This document shows, piece by piece, positions 1-11,287 of a DNA stretch of 54,083 nt (position 1 is the first letter of the stretch; each line of letters starts with the position of its first letter). The DNA is taken from the NCBI GenBank assembly GCA_002469885.1, contig DKOI01000112.1, positions 1-54,083 of the forward strand. Reading direction: 5' to 3'. This stretch comes from Legionellales bacterium UBA7366. GTDB taxonomy: Bacteria; Pseudomonadota; Gammaproteobacteria; UBA7366. Made by a program: the position numbers and the translations under genes. The notes beneath the pieces are model-generated. The model was given only the letters and a program-made list of their open reading frames with translations, was not told the origin of the DNA and searched no databases.

Positions 1-765
1 ACCATAGGTATCAACGATAATTTTACGGCCCGTTAAACCACAATCACCTTGCGGTCCACCAATCACAAAACGTCCGGTAGGATTCACCAGATAACGTGTT
101 TTGTCATCTAACCATTCGGCAGGTAACACAGGTTTGATAATTTCTTCGATGACAGCTTCAACAAGATCAGCTTGTTGAATCTCAGGGGCATGCTGGGTTG
201 ATAGCACAACCGTATCAATGCCGACAGGCTTATGGTTTTCATAACGAATTGTGACCTGACTTTTTGCATCAGGGCGCAACCACTTCAATACGTTGTTGTG
301 ACGAAGCTCAGCTTGTCTACGCACCAACTGGTGAGCGAGTGTGATGGGTGCTGGCATGAAAACATCGGTTTCGTTACTGGCATAACCAAACATCATGCCT
401 TGATCACCAGCGCCTTGTTCATGGTCTGGTGTTTGATCCACACCTTGCGCGATATCAGCTGACTGTTTGCCGATCGCTGACATCACAGCGCATGACTCCC
501 AATCAAAGCCCATATCAGAACTGTTGTAACCAATATCTTTAATCACTTGTCGTGTGATTTGCTCTACATCCACCCAAGTGTTGGTAGAGATTTCACCGGC
601 AACCATGACCATGCCTGTCTTTACAAAAGTTTCGCACGCAACTCGTGCATTTGAATCAGATGCGATAATGGCATCTAACACAGCGTCTGATATTTGATCA
701 GCTATTTTGTCTGGGTGTCCTTCTGACACCGACTCAGAAGTAAACAATTGGCGTTCATCTGACAT
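1..765 (-). CDS. metK: S-adenosylmethionine synthetase (3' end cut by window edge)
   Basis: Absent from the ORF track because it runs off the window. The reverse complement from ATG (765..763) reads [33 protein letters not shown]...[12 protein letters not shown]...[20 protein letters not shown], which are classic MetK motifs. GAGGA lies 6 nt upstream of the ATG. Confidence 0.92.
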   Translation of the reverse strand, partial: MSDERQLFTSESVSEGHPDKIADQISDAVLDAIIASDSNARVACETFVKTGMVMVAGEISTNTWVDVEQITRQVIKDIGYNSSDMGFDWESCAVMSAIGKQSADIAQGVDQTPDHEQGAGDQGMMFGYASNETDVFMPAPITLAHQLVRRQAELRHNNVLKWLRPDAKSQVTIRYENHKPVGIDTVVLSTQHAPEIQQADLVEAVIEEIIKPVLPAEWLDDKTRYLVNPTGRFVIGGPQGDCGLTGRKIIVDTYG

Positions 766-897
766 ACAGGATCCTCATATTCACTGGTTTGAAAGATCAT
801 CTATCTTAGGTGATTTATACTAAACTGTCATCTATTGATTCCTGGGGTAAATATAGTGACAATACGTCCTATTTTATGCAAAGCAGGAACAAAAATC

Positions 898-2904
898 ATG
901 TCCAATAAACAAGACCTCGCCAATGCCATACGCGCCCTAAGCATGGATGCCGTCCAACGGGCTAACAGTGGTCACCCAGGCATGCCCATGGGAATGGCCG
1001 ATATTGCCCAAGTATTATGGAACGACTTCCTCGTCCATAACCCAGCAAATCCTCAGTGGATGGGGCGCGATCGATTTGTATTATCAAATGGTCATGGTTC
1101 TATGTTGCTTTATTCTCTATTGCATTTAACGGGTTACGCTGTGAGCATCGATGATGTGAAGAACTTCCGTCAATTGCACTCCAACACACCAGGGCACCCT
1201 GAATATAATGATACCCCCGGTGTTGAGACAACCACAGGTCCATTAGGCCAAGGTTTAGCCAACGCTGTAGGTATGGCCATTGCAGAGACGCAACTGGCAG
1301 CTCAATTCAACAAGGAAAATATCCACCTGATCAATCATTTTACCTATGTTTTCTTAGGAGATGGCTGCTTAATGGAGGGAATTTCTCATGAAGTATGCTC
1401 ACTGGCTGGCACGCTAAAACTCGGAAAACTCATCGCTTTTTGGGATGATAACGACATCTCAATTGACGGCAACGTCAGCGGATGGTTCACAGATAAAACA
1501 CCTGCACGTTTTGAAGCCTATGATTGGCACGTCATCGCAGATGTTGACGGTCACGACCCTGAAGCGATTCACGCAGCGATCGCACTAGCTCGCTCAATAA
1601 AAGACAAACCCAGCATGATCTGCTGCAAAACAACCATCGGCAAGGGCGCACCGGGTGTTGCAGGCACGGCAAAAGCTCACGGCGCACCTTTGGGCGATGA
1701 GGAAATCGCATTAGCGCGCAAAACGCTAGGCTGGGCGCACGCACCGTTTGAGATACCCGCAGACATTTACGCGGCCTACGATGCAAAAACAAAGGGCGCA
1801 GAATCTGAAGCTGCTTGGAATACATTGTTTGAACAATACTCAAAAGCACATCCGGCATTGGCCAAGGAGTTCGCGAGACGCACAAAAAACGAACTCCCTG
1901 AGAACTGGCAATCAATTGCAGATGACTTCGTCACAGCTACAACCCACGAAAAAAACCCACAAGCCACACGAAAATCTTCACTGGCTTGCATCAAGACACT
2001 CACTAAAAGCCTACCTGAGCTTGTTGGCGGCTCTGCCGATCTTAGCGGTTCAAATTTAACCCAGTGGCCAGAAGCGACGACATACTCTGCTAAGAACCCT
2101 GCGGGCAACTACATCAATTACGGCGTACGCGAGTTCGGCATGTCTGCGATTGCTAACGGTATTGCTCTGCACGGTGGTTTTATTCCCTTCATTGGCACGT
2201 TCTTAGTCTTCTCCGATTATGCAAGGAACGCTATAAGATTGTCGGCGATCATGAATCAAAAAGTCGTGTACGTGTTTACGCATGACTCTATCGGACTCGG
2301 TGAAGATGGCCCGACACACCAACCTATCGAACATTTCGCAAGCTTACGCTTAATTCCTAACTTGTCAGTCTGGCGCCCCTGTGATCTCACAGAGTCTGCT
2401 GTTGCCTGGCGACACGCGGTTGAATACCAAGGCCCAACCAGCCTGCTCTTTTCTAGACAGAATTTAGCACAACAAAACGCCAGCGGCCGAAACGTAGCTG
2501 ACATCGCAAAAGGCGGCTATATCCTGCTGGATTGCGAAGAAACACCCGATATCATACTAATAGCAACAGGCTCCGAGGTTGAACTTGCCATGCAAGCGGC
2601 TAAAAAACTAACGGATTTAAACGTTCGTGTCGTTTCAATGCCATCATGCGACCTATTTGACGCCCAAGACGCTAACTACCGAGAATCCGTACTCCCTAGC
2701 ACCGTCACAGCACGCGTGGCGATTGAAGCGGGAAGTACTAATTTTTGGTATAAATATGTTGGCTTGCAAGGTAAAGTAGTAGGTATAGATCGCTTTGGTG
2801 TAAGCGCTCCAGCAGAAGATGCTTTTAATCTACTTGGATTTAGTGTCGCCAATATAATTAACATTGTAAAAACAGTAGCGCAAACTTCAAGCGCTCTAAC
2901 TTAA
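898..2904 (+). CDS. tkt: transketolase
   Basis: ORF 835..2904. Preferred start is ATG 898 ([32 protein letters not shown]). It has the TPP-binding GDGCLMEG motif and is 668 aa, typical of TktA. The 835 TTG extension has no support. Confidence 0.95.
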   Translation: MSNKQDLANAIRALSMDAVQRANSGHPGMPMGMADIAQVLWNDFLVHNPANPQWMGRDRFVLSNGHGSMLLYSLLHLTGYAVSIDDVKNFRQLHSNTPGHPEYNDTPGVETTTGPLGQGLANAVGMAIAETQLAAQFNKENIHLINHFTYVFLGDGCLMEGISHEVCSLAGTLKLGKLIAFWDDNDISIDGNVSGWFTDKTPARFEAYDWHVIADVDGHDPEAIHAAIALARSIKDKPSMICCKTTIGKGAPGVAGTAKAHGAPLGDEEIALARKTLGWAHAPFEIPADIYAAYDAKTKGAESEAAWNTLFEQYSKAHPALAKEFARRTKNELPENWQSIADDFVTATTHEKNPQATRKSSLACIKTLTKSLPELVGGSADLSGSNLTQWPEATTYSAKNPAGNYINYGVREFGMSAIANGIALHGGFIPFIGTFLVFSDYARNAIRLSAIMNQKVVYVFTHDSIGLGEDGPTHQPIEHFASLRLIPNLSVWRPCDLTESAVAWRHAVEYQGPTSLLFSRQNLAQQNASGRNVADIAKGGYILLDCEETPDIILIATGSEVELAMQAAKKLTDLNVRVVSMPSCDLFDAQDANYRESVLPSTVTARVAIEAGSTNFWYKYVGLQGKVVGIDRFGVSAPAEDAFNLLGFSVANIINIVKTVAQTSSALT

Positions 2905-2928
2905 AAAAACATCGAGGAGATTTATTAC

Positions 2929-3939
2929 ATGACAATCAAAGTTGCAATTAATGGCTATGGTCGCATCGGTCGCAATATCTTACGCGCACTGTATGAGTCC
3001 GGTCACCGTGACAACATTCAAATCGTTGCGATCAATGACTTGGGCGATACAAAAACCAATGCGCATTTAACTCAATACGATACCGCTCACGGAAAATTTT
3101 CAGGCACCGTGGAAACCTCGGGCAAGAACCTTGTCGTCAATGGCGACACGATTCGCACAGTGGCAGAGCGTAACCCTAAAGACTTGCCTTGGAAAGAATT
3201 AGACATTGACGTTGTGTACGAATGCACGGGCGTTTTTGCTAGCCGTGAAAAAGCCTCTGCCCATATCAGCGCAGGCGCCAAGAAAGTCATCATTTCAGCG
3301 CCCGCTGGAAAAGACATGGATGCCACTGTCGTTTACGGCGTAAACCACAACGACTTAAAAAGCAGCGATCAAATTATTTCAAACGCTTCTTGCACAACCA
3401 ACTGTTTGGCGCCACTAGTCAAACCACTCAACGAAGCTTTTGGTCTTGAGTCTGGTTTAATGGTAACGATACACGCTTACACAAATGACCAAGTGCTAAC
3501 GGATGTTTATCACACCGACTTACGCCGTGCGCGCTCTGCAACGCAATCAATGATCCCAACCAAAACGGGGGCGGCTGCAGCTGTCGGTCTAGTCCTGCCT
3601 GAGCTTGACGGAAAATTAGATGGTTACGCAATGCGTGTTCCCACCATTAACGTCTCTGTTGTTGACTTAACGTTTAAAGCGATGAAACCTGTTAGCGTAG
3701 ACGATGTCAATAATTGCCTTAAAAAGGCAAGCGCAGGGGAATTGAAAAATGTATTAGCCATCAACGAAGACCCTTTGGTGTCTATCGACTTTAATCACAA
3801 CCCAGCATCTTCTATTTTTGATGCAACCCAAACAAAGGTTATTGGTGACCTTGTAAAAGTGGTCTCGTGGTATGATAACGAATGGGGTTTCTCAAACCGC
3901 ATGTTAGATACAACGATGGCCTTAATGAACGCTAAATAA
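2929..3939 (+). CDS. gap: glyceraldehyde-3-phosphate dehydrogenase
   Basis: 336 aa. Has the NGYGRIGRN Rossmann motif, the catalytic SNASCTTNC, and a GAPDH-type [17 protein letters not shown] loop that Epd lacks. GAGGAG RBS upstream. Confidence 0.93.
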   Translation: MTIKVAINGYGRIGRNILRALYESGHRDNIQIVAINDLGDTKTNAHLTQYDTAHGKFSGTVETSGKNLVVNGDTIRTVAERNPKDLPWKELDIDVVYECTGVFASREKASAHISAGAKKVIISAPAGKDMDATVVYGVNHNDLKSSDQIISNASCTTNCLAPLVKPLNEAFGLESGLMVTIHAYTNDQVLTDVYHTDLRRARSATQSMIPTKTGAAAAVGLVLPELDGKLDGYAMRVPTINVSVVDLTFKAMKPVSVDDVNNCLKKASAGELKNVLAINEDPLVSIDFNHNPASSIFDATQTKVIGDLVKVVSWYDNEWGFSNRMLDTTMALMNAK

Positions 3940-3971
3940 TTTAACTCAATAAAGAGCTAAGGAGAATAATA

Positions 3972-5156
3972 ATGCCTTTGTTAAACATGAAAGATGTCGA
4001 CCTAAAAGGAAAACGGGTACTCATCCGTGAAGACTTAAACGTTCCATTGAAAAATGGCGCTATCACGAGTGACGCACGCATCCGCGCCGCCTTGCCCACC
4101 ATCGAATACGCTTTATCACAAGGCGCGCTCGTTATGGTTGCCTCTCACCTAGGACGGCCTGACGAAGGCATTATTACAGACGAACTTTCCCTAGCGCCGA
4201 TTGCTGAAAGAATGCAAGAATTGTTAGGCAAACCCGTAGACCTTGCTCAAAATTGGTTAAAAGGCGTAACGCCCGTGCAAGATCAGGTGATCTTGCTTGA
4301 AAATGTACGTTTTAATCGCGGCGAAAAAAGTAACAGCGATGAATTATCGCAAGAGATGGCTGCCTTGTGTGACGTGTTTGTGATGGATGCTTTTGCAACC
4401 GCTCACCGAGCAGAAGCTTCGACATGCGGTATAGCCGAACATGTTGCCGTAGCCTGCATGGGTCCATTGCTCTCCTTAGAATTAAGCACCATCACCAAAT
4501 TGTTAGATAACCCCAAAAAACCGGTTGTTGCCATTGTGGGCGGTTCTAAAGTCTCAACAAAATTAGCCTTGCTCGACAACTTAAGTAAAAAAGTAGATGC
4601 ACTTATCGTAGGTGGCGGCATCGCTAATACCTTTCTTGCTGCAGAAGGCTATAGCGTGGGTAAATCACTTTACGAACCAGATCTCATTGATGAGGCTGAA
4701 CGGTTAATGAAAGAGGCCAACGAAAACGCTGTTGAAATTCCTCTACCAACCGATGTGGTCGTTGCTGATAGAATGTCGGCTACCGCAGAGAGTTATATTC
4801 AACTTGTCGCTGATATTGATGAAGATGAAAAAGCATTAGACGTGGGCCCCGACACCATTCGCACTTACGTCAAGTTAATTAAATCCGCTGGCACCATTGT
4901 ATGGAACGGACCTGTAGGCGCATTTGAAATTGAGCAATTTTCTAAAGGCACAAAAATTTTAGCGTTAGCCGTCGCTGATAGCGATGCTGTTTCTGTCGCA
5001 GGCGGAGGCGACACCATCGCAGCTATCGATCATTACAATGTTAGAGACAAAATCTCCTACATATCAACCGGTGGAGGCGCGTTCTTAGCCTTGTTAGAAG
5101 GCAAAGAATTACCGGCTATCACTGCTTTAGAAAACAATCAAAAGGAAAACGCATGA
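3972..5156 (+). CDS. pgk: phosphoglycerate kinase
   Basis: 394 aa with full-length PGK architecture ([27 protein letters not shown]). Sits in the conserved tkt-gap-pgk-pyk order. Confidence 0.95.
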   Translation: MPLLNMKDVDLKGKRVLIREDLNVPLKNGAITSDARIRAALPTIEYALSQGALVMVASHLGRPDEGIITDELSLAPIAERMQELLGKPVDLAQNWLKGVTPVQDQVILLENVRFNRGEKSNSDELSQEMAALCDVFVMDAFATAHRAEASTCGIAEHVAVACMGPLLSLELSTITKLLDNPKKPVVAIVGGSKVSTKLALLDNLSKKVDALIVGGGIANTFLAAEGYSVGKSLYEPDLIDEAERLMKEANENAVEIPLPTDVVVADRMSATAESYIQLVADIDEDEKALDVGPDTIRTYVKLIKSAGTIVWNGPVGAFEIEQFSKGTKILALAVADSDAVSVAGGGDTIAAIDHYNVRDKISYISTGGGAFLALLEGKELPAITALENNQKENA

Positions 5157-6610
5157 GCGAGAAACTCCGTCGAACAAAAATCGTAGTCACTCTGGGGCCC
5201 GCGCTCGATAATCGAGAAACACTGGAAAATGTCTTTGACGCTGGCGGCAATGTCTTTCGCTCGAACTTTTCACACGGTACGGCAAAAGATCATGAAAAAC
5301 GTATTAGCATGGTGCGCTCGGTAGCAAAATCAAAGGGCACCGAAATTGCAATATTTGCTGATTTACAAGGCCCAAAAATTCGTGTTGCTCGTTTTTCCAA
5401 TAGCAAAGTCACATTAGCACACGGACAAGAATTTACTTTAGATGCAAGTTTGAACGACGATGCAGGTGACGAAAACTGCGTTGGTATTGATTATAAAAAC
5501 TTACCCAAGGACGTTTCTGCTGGCGATAAGTTATTGCTAGACGATGGCCGTATTATCTTTTCGGTTAAAGAAATTTCTGGCAGCAAAGTAATTTGCAATG
5601 TCGATGTAGGCGGTGAACTGTCAAACAATAAAGGCATCAACCGACTAGGCGGCGGCTTAACAGCTGAAGCTTTAACCGATAAAGACCGTGAAGATTTAAA
5701 AACCGCCGTTGCACTGGGCGTAGACTATATTGCCGTTTCCTTTCCAAGGAACGCGCAAGACATCCATAATGCGCGCAAGCTATTAAAAGCTCAAAATAGT
5801 GATGCAGGTATCATCGCAAAGATCGAGCGCAAAGAAGCCTTGGATACACTTGAAGAAATCATTGAAGCCTCTGATGCTATCATGGTAGCCCGTGGTGATT
5901 TAGGTGTTGAAATTGGTGACGGTGAATTGCCCGCCGCTCAAAAAGAAATTATCCATAAAACACGCATACTCAACAAACCTGTCATCACTGCGACACAAAT
6001 GATGGAGTCAATGATTACAAACTCTATCCCAACACGTGCTGAAGTATTTGATGTTGCCAATGCTGTTTTAGATGGCACCGATGCCGTCATGCTTTCTGCT
6101 GAAACCGCGACCGGTGATTTTCCTGAAGCCGTTGTTGCTGCAATGGCGCGCATTTGTTTAGCCGCTGAAAAACAACCTAGATCAATGATCTCAGGTCATC
6201 GTGTTGAATGTCGTTTTGAAGATGTGGATGAAGCAATTGCCATGGCAACCATGTACACGGCGAATCATTTTGCTATTGATGCGATTGTTTGTTTAACCGA
6301 ATCAGGATCAACGCCTTTATGGATGTCACGCATTCGCTCAGGGATTCCTATTTACGGCTTAAGTAGACACATCAATACGCGCCGAAAAATGACATTATTC
6401 CGTGGTGTATATCCTGTTGCATTTGATGCCACTCAGCACGAACGTCCATTATTAAACGAAAAAGCGATAGATGAAATCAAGAATCTTGGCTATGTTGAGG
6501 ATGAAAATCTTGTCATCATCACAAAAGGTGATTCAATGGGCGTACATGGAAGAACGAATACGATGAAAATTTTCAAGGTGGGTGAAGCGAGCATCAACAA
6601 GGCGGACTAA
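5153..6610 (+). CDS. pykA: pyruvate kinase (PykA-type)
   Basis: 485 aa. N-terminus is [12 protein letters not shown] and the [10 protein letters not shown] motif is present. ATGA overlap with the pgk stop suggests translational coupling. Confidence 0.92.
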   Translation: MSEKLRRTKIVVTLGPALDNRETLENVFDAGGNVFRSNFSHGTAKDHEKRISMVRSVAKSKGTEIAIFADLQGPKIRVARFSNSKVTLAHGQEFTLDASLNDDAGDENCVGIDYKNLPKDVSAGDKLLLDDGRIIFSVKEISGSKVICNVDVGGELSNNKGINRLGGGLTAEALTDKDREDLKTAVALGVDYIAVSFPRNAQDIHNARKLLKAQNSDAGIIAKIERKEALDTLEEIIEASDAIMVARGDLGVEIGDGELPAAQKEIIHKTRILNKPVITATQMMESMITNSIPTRAEVFDVANAVLDGTDAVMLSAETATGDFPEAVVAAMARICLAAEKQPRSMISGHRVECRFEDVDEAIAMATMYTANHFAIDAIVCLTESGSTPLWMSRIRSGIPIYGLSRHINTRRKMTLFRGVYPVAFDATQHERPLLNEKAIDEIKNLGYVEDENLVIITKGDSMGVHGRTNTMKIFKVGEASINKAD

Positions 6611-6621
6611 CTTCCTATTGT

Positions 6622-6643
6622 CTCTCCCCTTTAAAGGGGAGAG
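6622..6643. terminator. hairpin between convergent pykA and OMP gene
   Basis: CTCTCCCCT-TTAA-AGGGGAGAG: a 9-bp GC-rich stem with a 4-nt loop, 12 nt after the pykA stop. There is no clear U-tract on either strand. Confidence 0.45.
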
Positions 6644-6657
6644 CACAGCACTAAACG

Positions 6658-7362
6658 TTATAAACGTTGTTCCAAGCTAAGTGAAATGTATGGCGTATCA
6701 TCAGTTAAACGGTTAGTCGCAAAACCAGCGCCTAAACCGATATGCAAATCCTTTGAAAGACCCGTTGTTAAAAGCAATCCATAACGTTCTTCATTATAAG
6801 ACTTACTGCCAGCCAATGAGACTTGAGGGCCAATATTGATACTTGGGATCACACCGTACAAGTATTCTGACTCAAGTTCATAAGTGCTATCTGCCGTGGA
6901 ATAAGCACCTTTAAAGGTAAATTCTGCATGTCCTGAAAAATCACGTCTTAAATAAACCTGTGCTCTTACGCCATAAGCATTAACGTTAGCGCGATTAGGA
7001 TCTGTCGGTGTATTGGTATCGCTCACATAATCTGGACCAATGAACGCTGCAAGATTCATATCGTTAAAAAACTTTTGATAACCAATCATCACATGGCCGG
7101 AACTAATGATATTGCGAATATTGGTGGAAACGCCTGCAATGTCTGCGTCGTAACTAAATTCTCTGTAGGTATAATTCATTAGGCCAAGATAGCCTTCGGT
7201 ATCCATATTACCATTTAATGCGTGTATGCCCGTTGCAGAATAGATTTGAGAGTCTGATGTTAACACACCCGAACCCAAGATAACCGTTGAAGCTGCTGAT
7301 GCTGTCCCGCAGATCAACACACTTACCAATATTGCGGCCCTAATCAATCCATTTTTTTGCAT
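6658..7362 (-). CDS. putative outer-membrane beta-barrel protein (family not recognised)
   Basis: ORF 6658..7383. Preferred start is ATG 7362, with AAGGA 8 nt upstream. Has a Sec signal peptide (MQKNGLIRAAILVSVLICGTASAAS). The mature region is rich in alternating aromatic and Gly/Ser/Thr residues, typical of small OM barrels. Confidence 0.5.
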   Translation of the reverse strand: MQKNGLIRAAILVSVLICGTASAASTVILGSGVLTSDSQIYSATGIHALNGNMDTEGYLGLMNYTYREFSYDADIAGVSTNIRNIISSGHVMIGYQKFFNDMNLAAFIGPDYVSDTNTPTDPNRANVNAYGVRAQVYLRRDFSGHAEFTFKGAYSTADSTYELESEYLYGVIPSINIGPQVSLAGSKSYNEERYGLLLTTGLSKDLHIGLGAGFATNRLTDDTPYISLSLEQRL

Positions 7363-7442
7363 GACAAACATCCTTTTAAACAAGTTAAGTACAAATTTAT
7401 TACAGCGCCATGTTACAATAAACAGTCAAATTCCGCAAGCGA

Positions 7443-8651
7443 TCAATCAGAGCGAAGTGCTTCTATAGGACTTAATCTTGACGCTTTAAACGCGGGATAA
7501 AATCCAAAAAAAATACCAACACAGACTGAAACCAAGAAGCCGACGACAGGGGGTAAAATAAAGAACGAAAATGTCCAACCTTTCACAACAGCCACGCCAT
7601 AAGAAATTAGCACACCCAGACCTACGCCCAGCAAACCACCAAGCACCGTAATAACCAGGGCTTCAATAAAAAATAATAGCTGGATATCAACATGCCTTGC
7701 GCCAACGGCTAAGCGAAGGCCTATTTCCCGTCGTCTTTCAATGACAGAAACGAGCATAATGTTCATAACACCAATTCCGCCCACCAATAAGGAAATCCCG
7801 CCAATAAATCCCAAAAAGACCGTTAAGATATTACTTTGTTTTTTCATGCTATCGAGTAATTGTTGCGGACTGCGAAAATAAACATGCGAGCCAGGCAACT
7901 GCTTAGAAAGGTAATGGGAAATACTTTGAGTAATGTCATCAATCGCAGCATGGGACTTCGTTAACTTAACAACAACATTATTAATATGCGTGTACTGATT
8001 CATCGCCAATGTGACATTTATTGGTAGAATAATGGCTTTATTTAAATTAACAGAAATAAACCCGCTTTCAGACCAGGGCTGTAAAACACCGACAACCGTA
8101 CAATATTGATTGCCTAATTTTATTTGCTGCCCAAGAGCAGACCCCATTAGAGAGGGCAAGATATCTTGAGAAACTTTATTGCCAATAACACATTGCATGG
8201 ATATGTCATCTAAAAAAGAAATGAAACGACCTTCATGCGTTTCTGCATGCACAATATCCGCCAAGTTAGAGGTAACGCCCACCACTTGGGCTTGTAATTT
8301 ATTGCCCTCAAAGCTCACATTGGCGTAGCTTTGGGTATACGGGGAAACAGCGCTAATACTGCTGCTTGTTGTTGAGATACTCATTGCCGCTTGGAGGGTT
8401 AACTCTTTGGGTTGATCTGCCGTTTGGGCTTTGTTTCGACTAGGAGAATAACTAATAGAAACGCCAAGCAAATCGGTGCCTAGGGATTGTATTTGTTTTA
8501 AGGTGGCATTCGTCGCAAGCTTACCGCCTGACACCATCGCGACAACCGATGCGGTACCCACTAAAATTCCCAGCAAAGCAAGCCCGGTTCTTAATTTTGC
8601 GCGACTTAAATTAATCAGCGCCTCTCTTATTTGCAGCCCACTTTTTGTCAT
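7443..8651 (-). CDS. ABC-transporter permease, MacB/DevC (FtsX-domain) type, no ATPase domain
   Basis: 402 aa. One N-terminal TM, a large periplasmic domain of about 230 aa, and a C-terminal 3-TM FtsX module (ERRREIGLRLAVGARHVDI). No Walker motifs. Confidence 0.8.
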   Translation of the reverse strand: MTKSGLQIREALINLSRAKLRTGLALLGILVGTASVVAMVSGGKLATNATLKQIQSLGTDLLGVSISYSPSRNKAQTADQPKELTLQAAMSISTTSSSISAVSPYTQSYANVSFEGNKLQAQVVGVTSNLADIVHAETHEGRFISFLDDISMQCVIGNKVSQDILPSLMGSALGQQIKLGNQYCTVVGVLQPWSESGFISVNLNKAIILPINVTLAMNQYTHINNVVVKLTKSHAAIDDITQSISHYLSKQLPGSHVYFRSPQQLLDSMKKQSNILTVFLGFIGGISLLVGGIGVMNIMLVSVIERRREIGLRLAVGARHVDIQLLFFIEALVITVLGGLLGVGLGVLISYGVAVVKGWTFSFFILPPVVGFLVSVCVGIFFGFYPAFKASRLSPIEALRSD

Positions 8652-8655
8652 GCCA

Positions 8656-9789
8656 TCATTCCGTTAGAACGAGCTGATCGCCAGAACGTAACCCTTTTAA
8701 AATCACCACTGAACCCATATTTGTCTCGCCTGTAACAACGTCGACGGTTATTGGCCTCCCATCACGTATCACGTTAAGCACTGAACGGCCATCAACTTGC
8801 GACACCGCTGTAATGGGCACAACAATGCTCTTAGGCTCAACAATAAGAATTTGAACCTTAGCACTCATTCCAACATGAATTATCTTTTTCTGCTCTACTG
8901 TTAAATCAACGACGGAAACAACACACACGAATTCAGGTGAGCCACCTCTAGAGTCTTTTGCTTGATTACCCATCTTTGTCACCGTTCCCTTCAAGGTTAA
9001 TCCAGGGAATGCGATGCTGGTGACCACTGCGGGCAAACCTAATTTAATATGATTAATATCAACCTCACTCACACCCACTTCAACAGCTACACCACGCATA
9101 TTGCCAACAGCGAAAACTGCGTCGTCCTTTTTAATGCTCGCGTTTTTCTCTAACGGACCAGCATCATCGGCGTCTGGAAACAACACAACACCGTCAGCCG
9201 GGGAATTAACAGAAATAAGCTGAGCGTGTGAATGCGTATCTAAAATTGTGTTGATTTCATTGATATCCTCAATGCCCAAACTTTTTAAATCCATAGGAAT
9301 GCTTTGGGTTTTCGCAAGCTTATCTAGCTCTTCTTCAGACTCAAGAAAACTTAAGTTATTCGTATAATAAGTGGAGCGCGTTGTATTAATTTCATTTCTT
9401 GAAATCAGACCTTCCTTAAATAAGGCCTCCCCATTCTCAAGCTTAGATTGACTTTGTAACAATTGATCCTTTGCTTTTAAATAGGTGGAAAAGGCAGACG
9501 CAAAATCTTTCTTAAATGAATCTGACTTAATCACAAATAGCGGGGTGCCTGCGGTAACATCATCGCCATAATCAACATTGATATGATCAACTAAGCCATC
9601 AACAGGCGCTGTCACTAAAACCACATCGATAGGTTTTATAGTCCCTGAAAAATACAAGCGCTTCGTCAAAGGAGACTCTTGCACTGTTTGATGCGAGACT
9701 AAACCATCATGTCGATTATTATCGTTAGGTTTGCACGCAACAAGCGCTAACAGTGTTATCGTTAATACTAGAAAAATATTTTTCATCAT
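8656..9789 (-). CDS. HlyD-family periplasmic adaptor (membrane-fusion) lipoprotein
   Basis: 377 aa with lipobox LALVAC. Has lipoyl-like and coiled-coil segments and a C-terminal beta-barrel typical of MFPs. Start overlaps the upstream TolC-like gene stop by 4 nt (9786..9789). Confidence 0.8.
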   Translation of the reverse strand: MMKNIFLVLTITLLALVACKPNDNNRHDGLVSHQTVQESPLTKRLYFSGTIKPIDVVLVTAPVDGLVDHINVDYGDDVTAGTPLFVIKSDSFKKDFASAFSTYLKAKDQLLQSQSKLENGEALFKEGLISRNEINTTRSTYYTNNLSFLESEEELDKLAKTQSIPMDLKSLGIEDINEINTILDTHSHAQLISVNSPADGVVLFPDADDAGPLEKNASIKKDDAVFAVGNMRGVAVEVGVSEVDINHIKLGLPAVVTSIAFPGLTLKGTVTKMGNQAKDSRGGSPEFVCVVSVVDLTVEQKKIIHVGMSAKVQILIVEPKSIVVPITAVSQVDGRSVLNVIRDGRPITVDVVTGETNMGSVVILKGLRSGDQLVLTE

Positions 9790-11162
9790 TGGTCCTCATC
9801 CATAGAAATCCCCCACGTTACCAACGTGTGGCTTAGCATCGCATCGAGAGCGACCAAGTCACCGAAATATTGATACCGAGATTCGAGCAACTGTTGCTGG
9901 GCTGTCGTTAGATTGTCTTGCCGGTTGGACAGTTCGAATTGTGACAGCCTTCCTGCTTTATATAATTTTTTGGCATTCTCAACATCTTGAAGATGATAAT
10001 CAACAGATTGCTCATTGAGAGAGACCTCTTTTTTCTCACTCTCTAATGCATAGACCTTTTGCGTAATTGAAATCTCAAGCTGACGCTTGCTTTGTTTTAG
10101 CAAAATAGTCGCTTGCTCTAATGCGCCTTTGGCATTAATCTCCGACTGTTTAGCAGACACATCATCGATAGGGATTGTTAAGTCTAGACTGATAGACGAA
10201 TTCATATTGGCGCCGTTTGATAAGCTCGATAGATTAGCATTTTGTCCGCTACCGACACCGCCACCCACAGTCTGAGCTGCCGATAGATTTAATTGCCAAC
10301 GTCGTCCGTCTTCAGCTGTGAGCACTGAACGTTTTGTTGACTCGATAGCAAGCTCTGAAGCCAGGTAGCCTATATTATTGTCAACGGCTAACGTTTTTGC
10401 TTTTTCCAATGTGGGTAAAGTGAATTTTGTCATCGGTGTATCGGGGACGATTTCAATATTGGCTTCTGAATCTAATCCAATTTCACTTAGCAATGAAAGC
10501 GTATCCGAACTTAGTTGATTTCTGGCCCGCTCAACCGCAGCTTGCGCATTAGAAAGGTCTGCCTCAGATTGAATAAGGTTTGTTTGCGCAAGCTCGCCTG
10601 CGTTGATTTTCGCAAGTGTTTGATCACGCGTTTCGATCTTACGATTAAGATTGCTCACCTGCACGTCTAAGTTTCGCTTGGTTGCCGCGACTTTATTAAA
10701 ATCGTTAATCACTTGTGTCACGGTATTAATGATCGTTGTCTTCAATGACAAAGAACTCACCTTATCATTAGTATACGCATTTTCAAGCGCGGCTTGAACA
10801 ACGGCAGGCCCAAACCCTTTCATCAACGGCTGCATCACTTTAAAAGTAAGAGAGGGGTTATACGTATCTGCAATAGAATTATTCATCTCTAATGAAAGTT
10901 GCGTGCCATAAGCCGTTTTATAATTCACGCCCGGAATAACGTTATAGCGCGCTTGCCAGGCATTATGATTTCCATCGGCAATCGACTGAGTAATACCAGC
11001 GCTACCGGTTAAGCTGTATTGAAACTCAAATTCATTTTTTGCAACGACCAGCGAATATTTATCCATAGTACGCTGAATGCGGGCTGTTTTAACATCAGGG
11101 TTTAAGCGTAACGCTAAATCAATTGTTTCCTGCAAGTTTAAGCTCAGGGTTTCGTGCGACAA
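9786..11162 (-). CDS. TolC-family outer-membrane efflux protein
   Basis: 458 aa from TTG 11162, with two-repeat coiled-coil OEP architecture. The in-frame 5' extension up to 11258 encodes a good signal peptide but has no ATG/GTG/TTG start (see finding). Confidence 0.78.
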   Translation of the reverse strand: MSHETLSLNLQETIDLALRLNPDVKTARIQRTMDKYSLVVAKNEFEFQYSLTGSAGITQSIADGNHNAWQARYNVIPGVNYKTAYGTQLSLEMNNSIADTYNPSLTFKVMQPLMKGFGPAVVQAALENAYTNDKVSSLSLKTTIINTVTQVINDFNKVAATKRNLDVQVSNLNRKIETRDQTLAKINAGELAQTNLIQSEADLSNAQAAVERARNQLSSDTLSLLSEIGLDSEANIEIVPDTPMTKFTLPTLEKAKTLAVDNNIGYLASELAIESTKRSVLTAEDGRRWQLNLSAAQTVGGGVGSGQNANLSSLSNGANMNSSISLDLTIPIDDVSAKQSEINAKGALEQATILLKQSKRQLEISITQKVYALESEKKEVSLNEQSVDYHLQDVENAKKLYKAGRLSQFELSNRQDNLTTAQQQLLESRYQYFGDLVALDAMLSHTLVTWGISMDEDQ

Positions 11163-11287
11163 AGCATAGAGATTTGGACTCTGTGCTATGAATAGCGCAG
11201 AAAGTAAAATAACTGATGTTTTACAAGCCTTTAAGAGTCTGATTGTTGTCTCGCACAGTTTTTATTAGTTGATCGAGGATAACACAT

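Noticed and set aside
1-15. The window start (ACCATAGGTATC) shares ATAGGTA with the terminal palindrome at 54031, hinting at a circular junction or repeat.
   Set aside because: The match is only 7 nt, and the left copy lies inside the conserved metK codons (...VDTYG). This is chance similarity.
835-897. N-terminal extensions proposed by the ORF track for several genes: tkt 835; DUF4143 29031; trkA 42670; MFS 53129; sulfatase 13381; plsC 22234; yidD 47221.
   Set aside because: The extensions use TTG/GTG or distant starts and overlap promoters or divergent genes. They also add non-conserved residues ahead of well-known N-termini. Internal ATGs with an RBS or ATGA coupling fit better.
766-897. 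SAM riboswitch or other leader upstream of metK.
   Set aside because: The metK-tkt divergent spacer is only about 130 nt, and the metK RBS lies 6 nt from the ATG. There is no room for, and no resemblance to, a SAM-I/II aptamer.
1532-2108. Antisense and off-frame ORFs inside tkt. Similar shadow ORFs occur in gyrB, glyS, the pilus ATPase (31099..31747), the pilin genes (33609..33942) and others.
   Set aside because: All are fully nested in strongly supported genes, and they lack an RBS or any recognisable motif. This is typical shadow-ORF behaviour.
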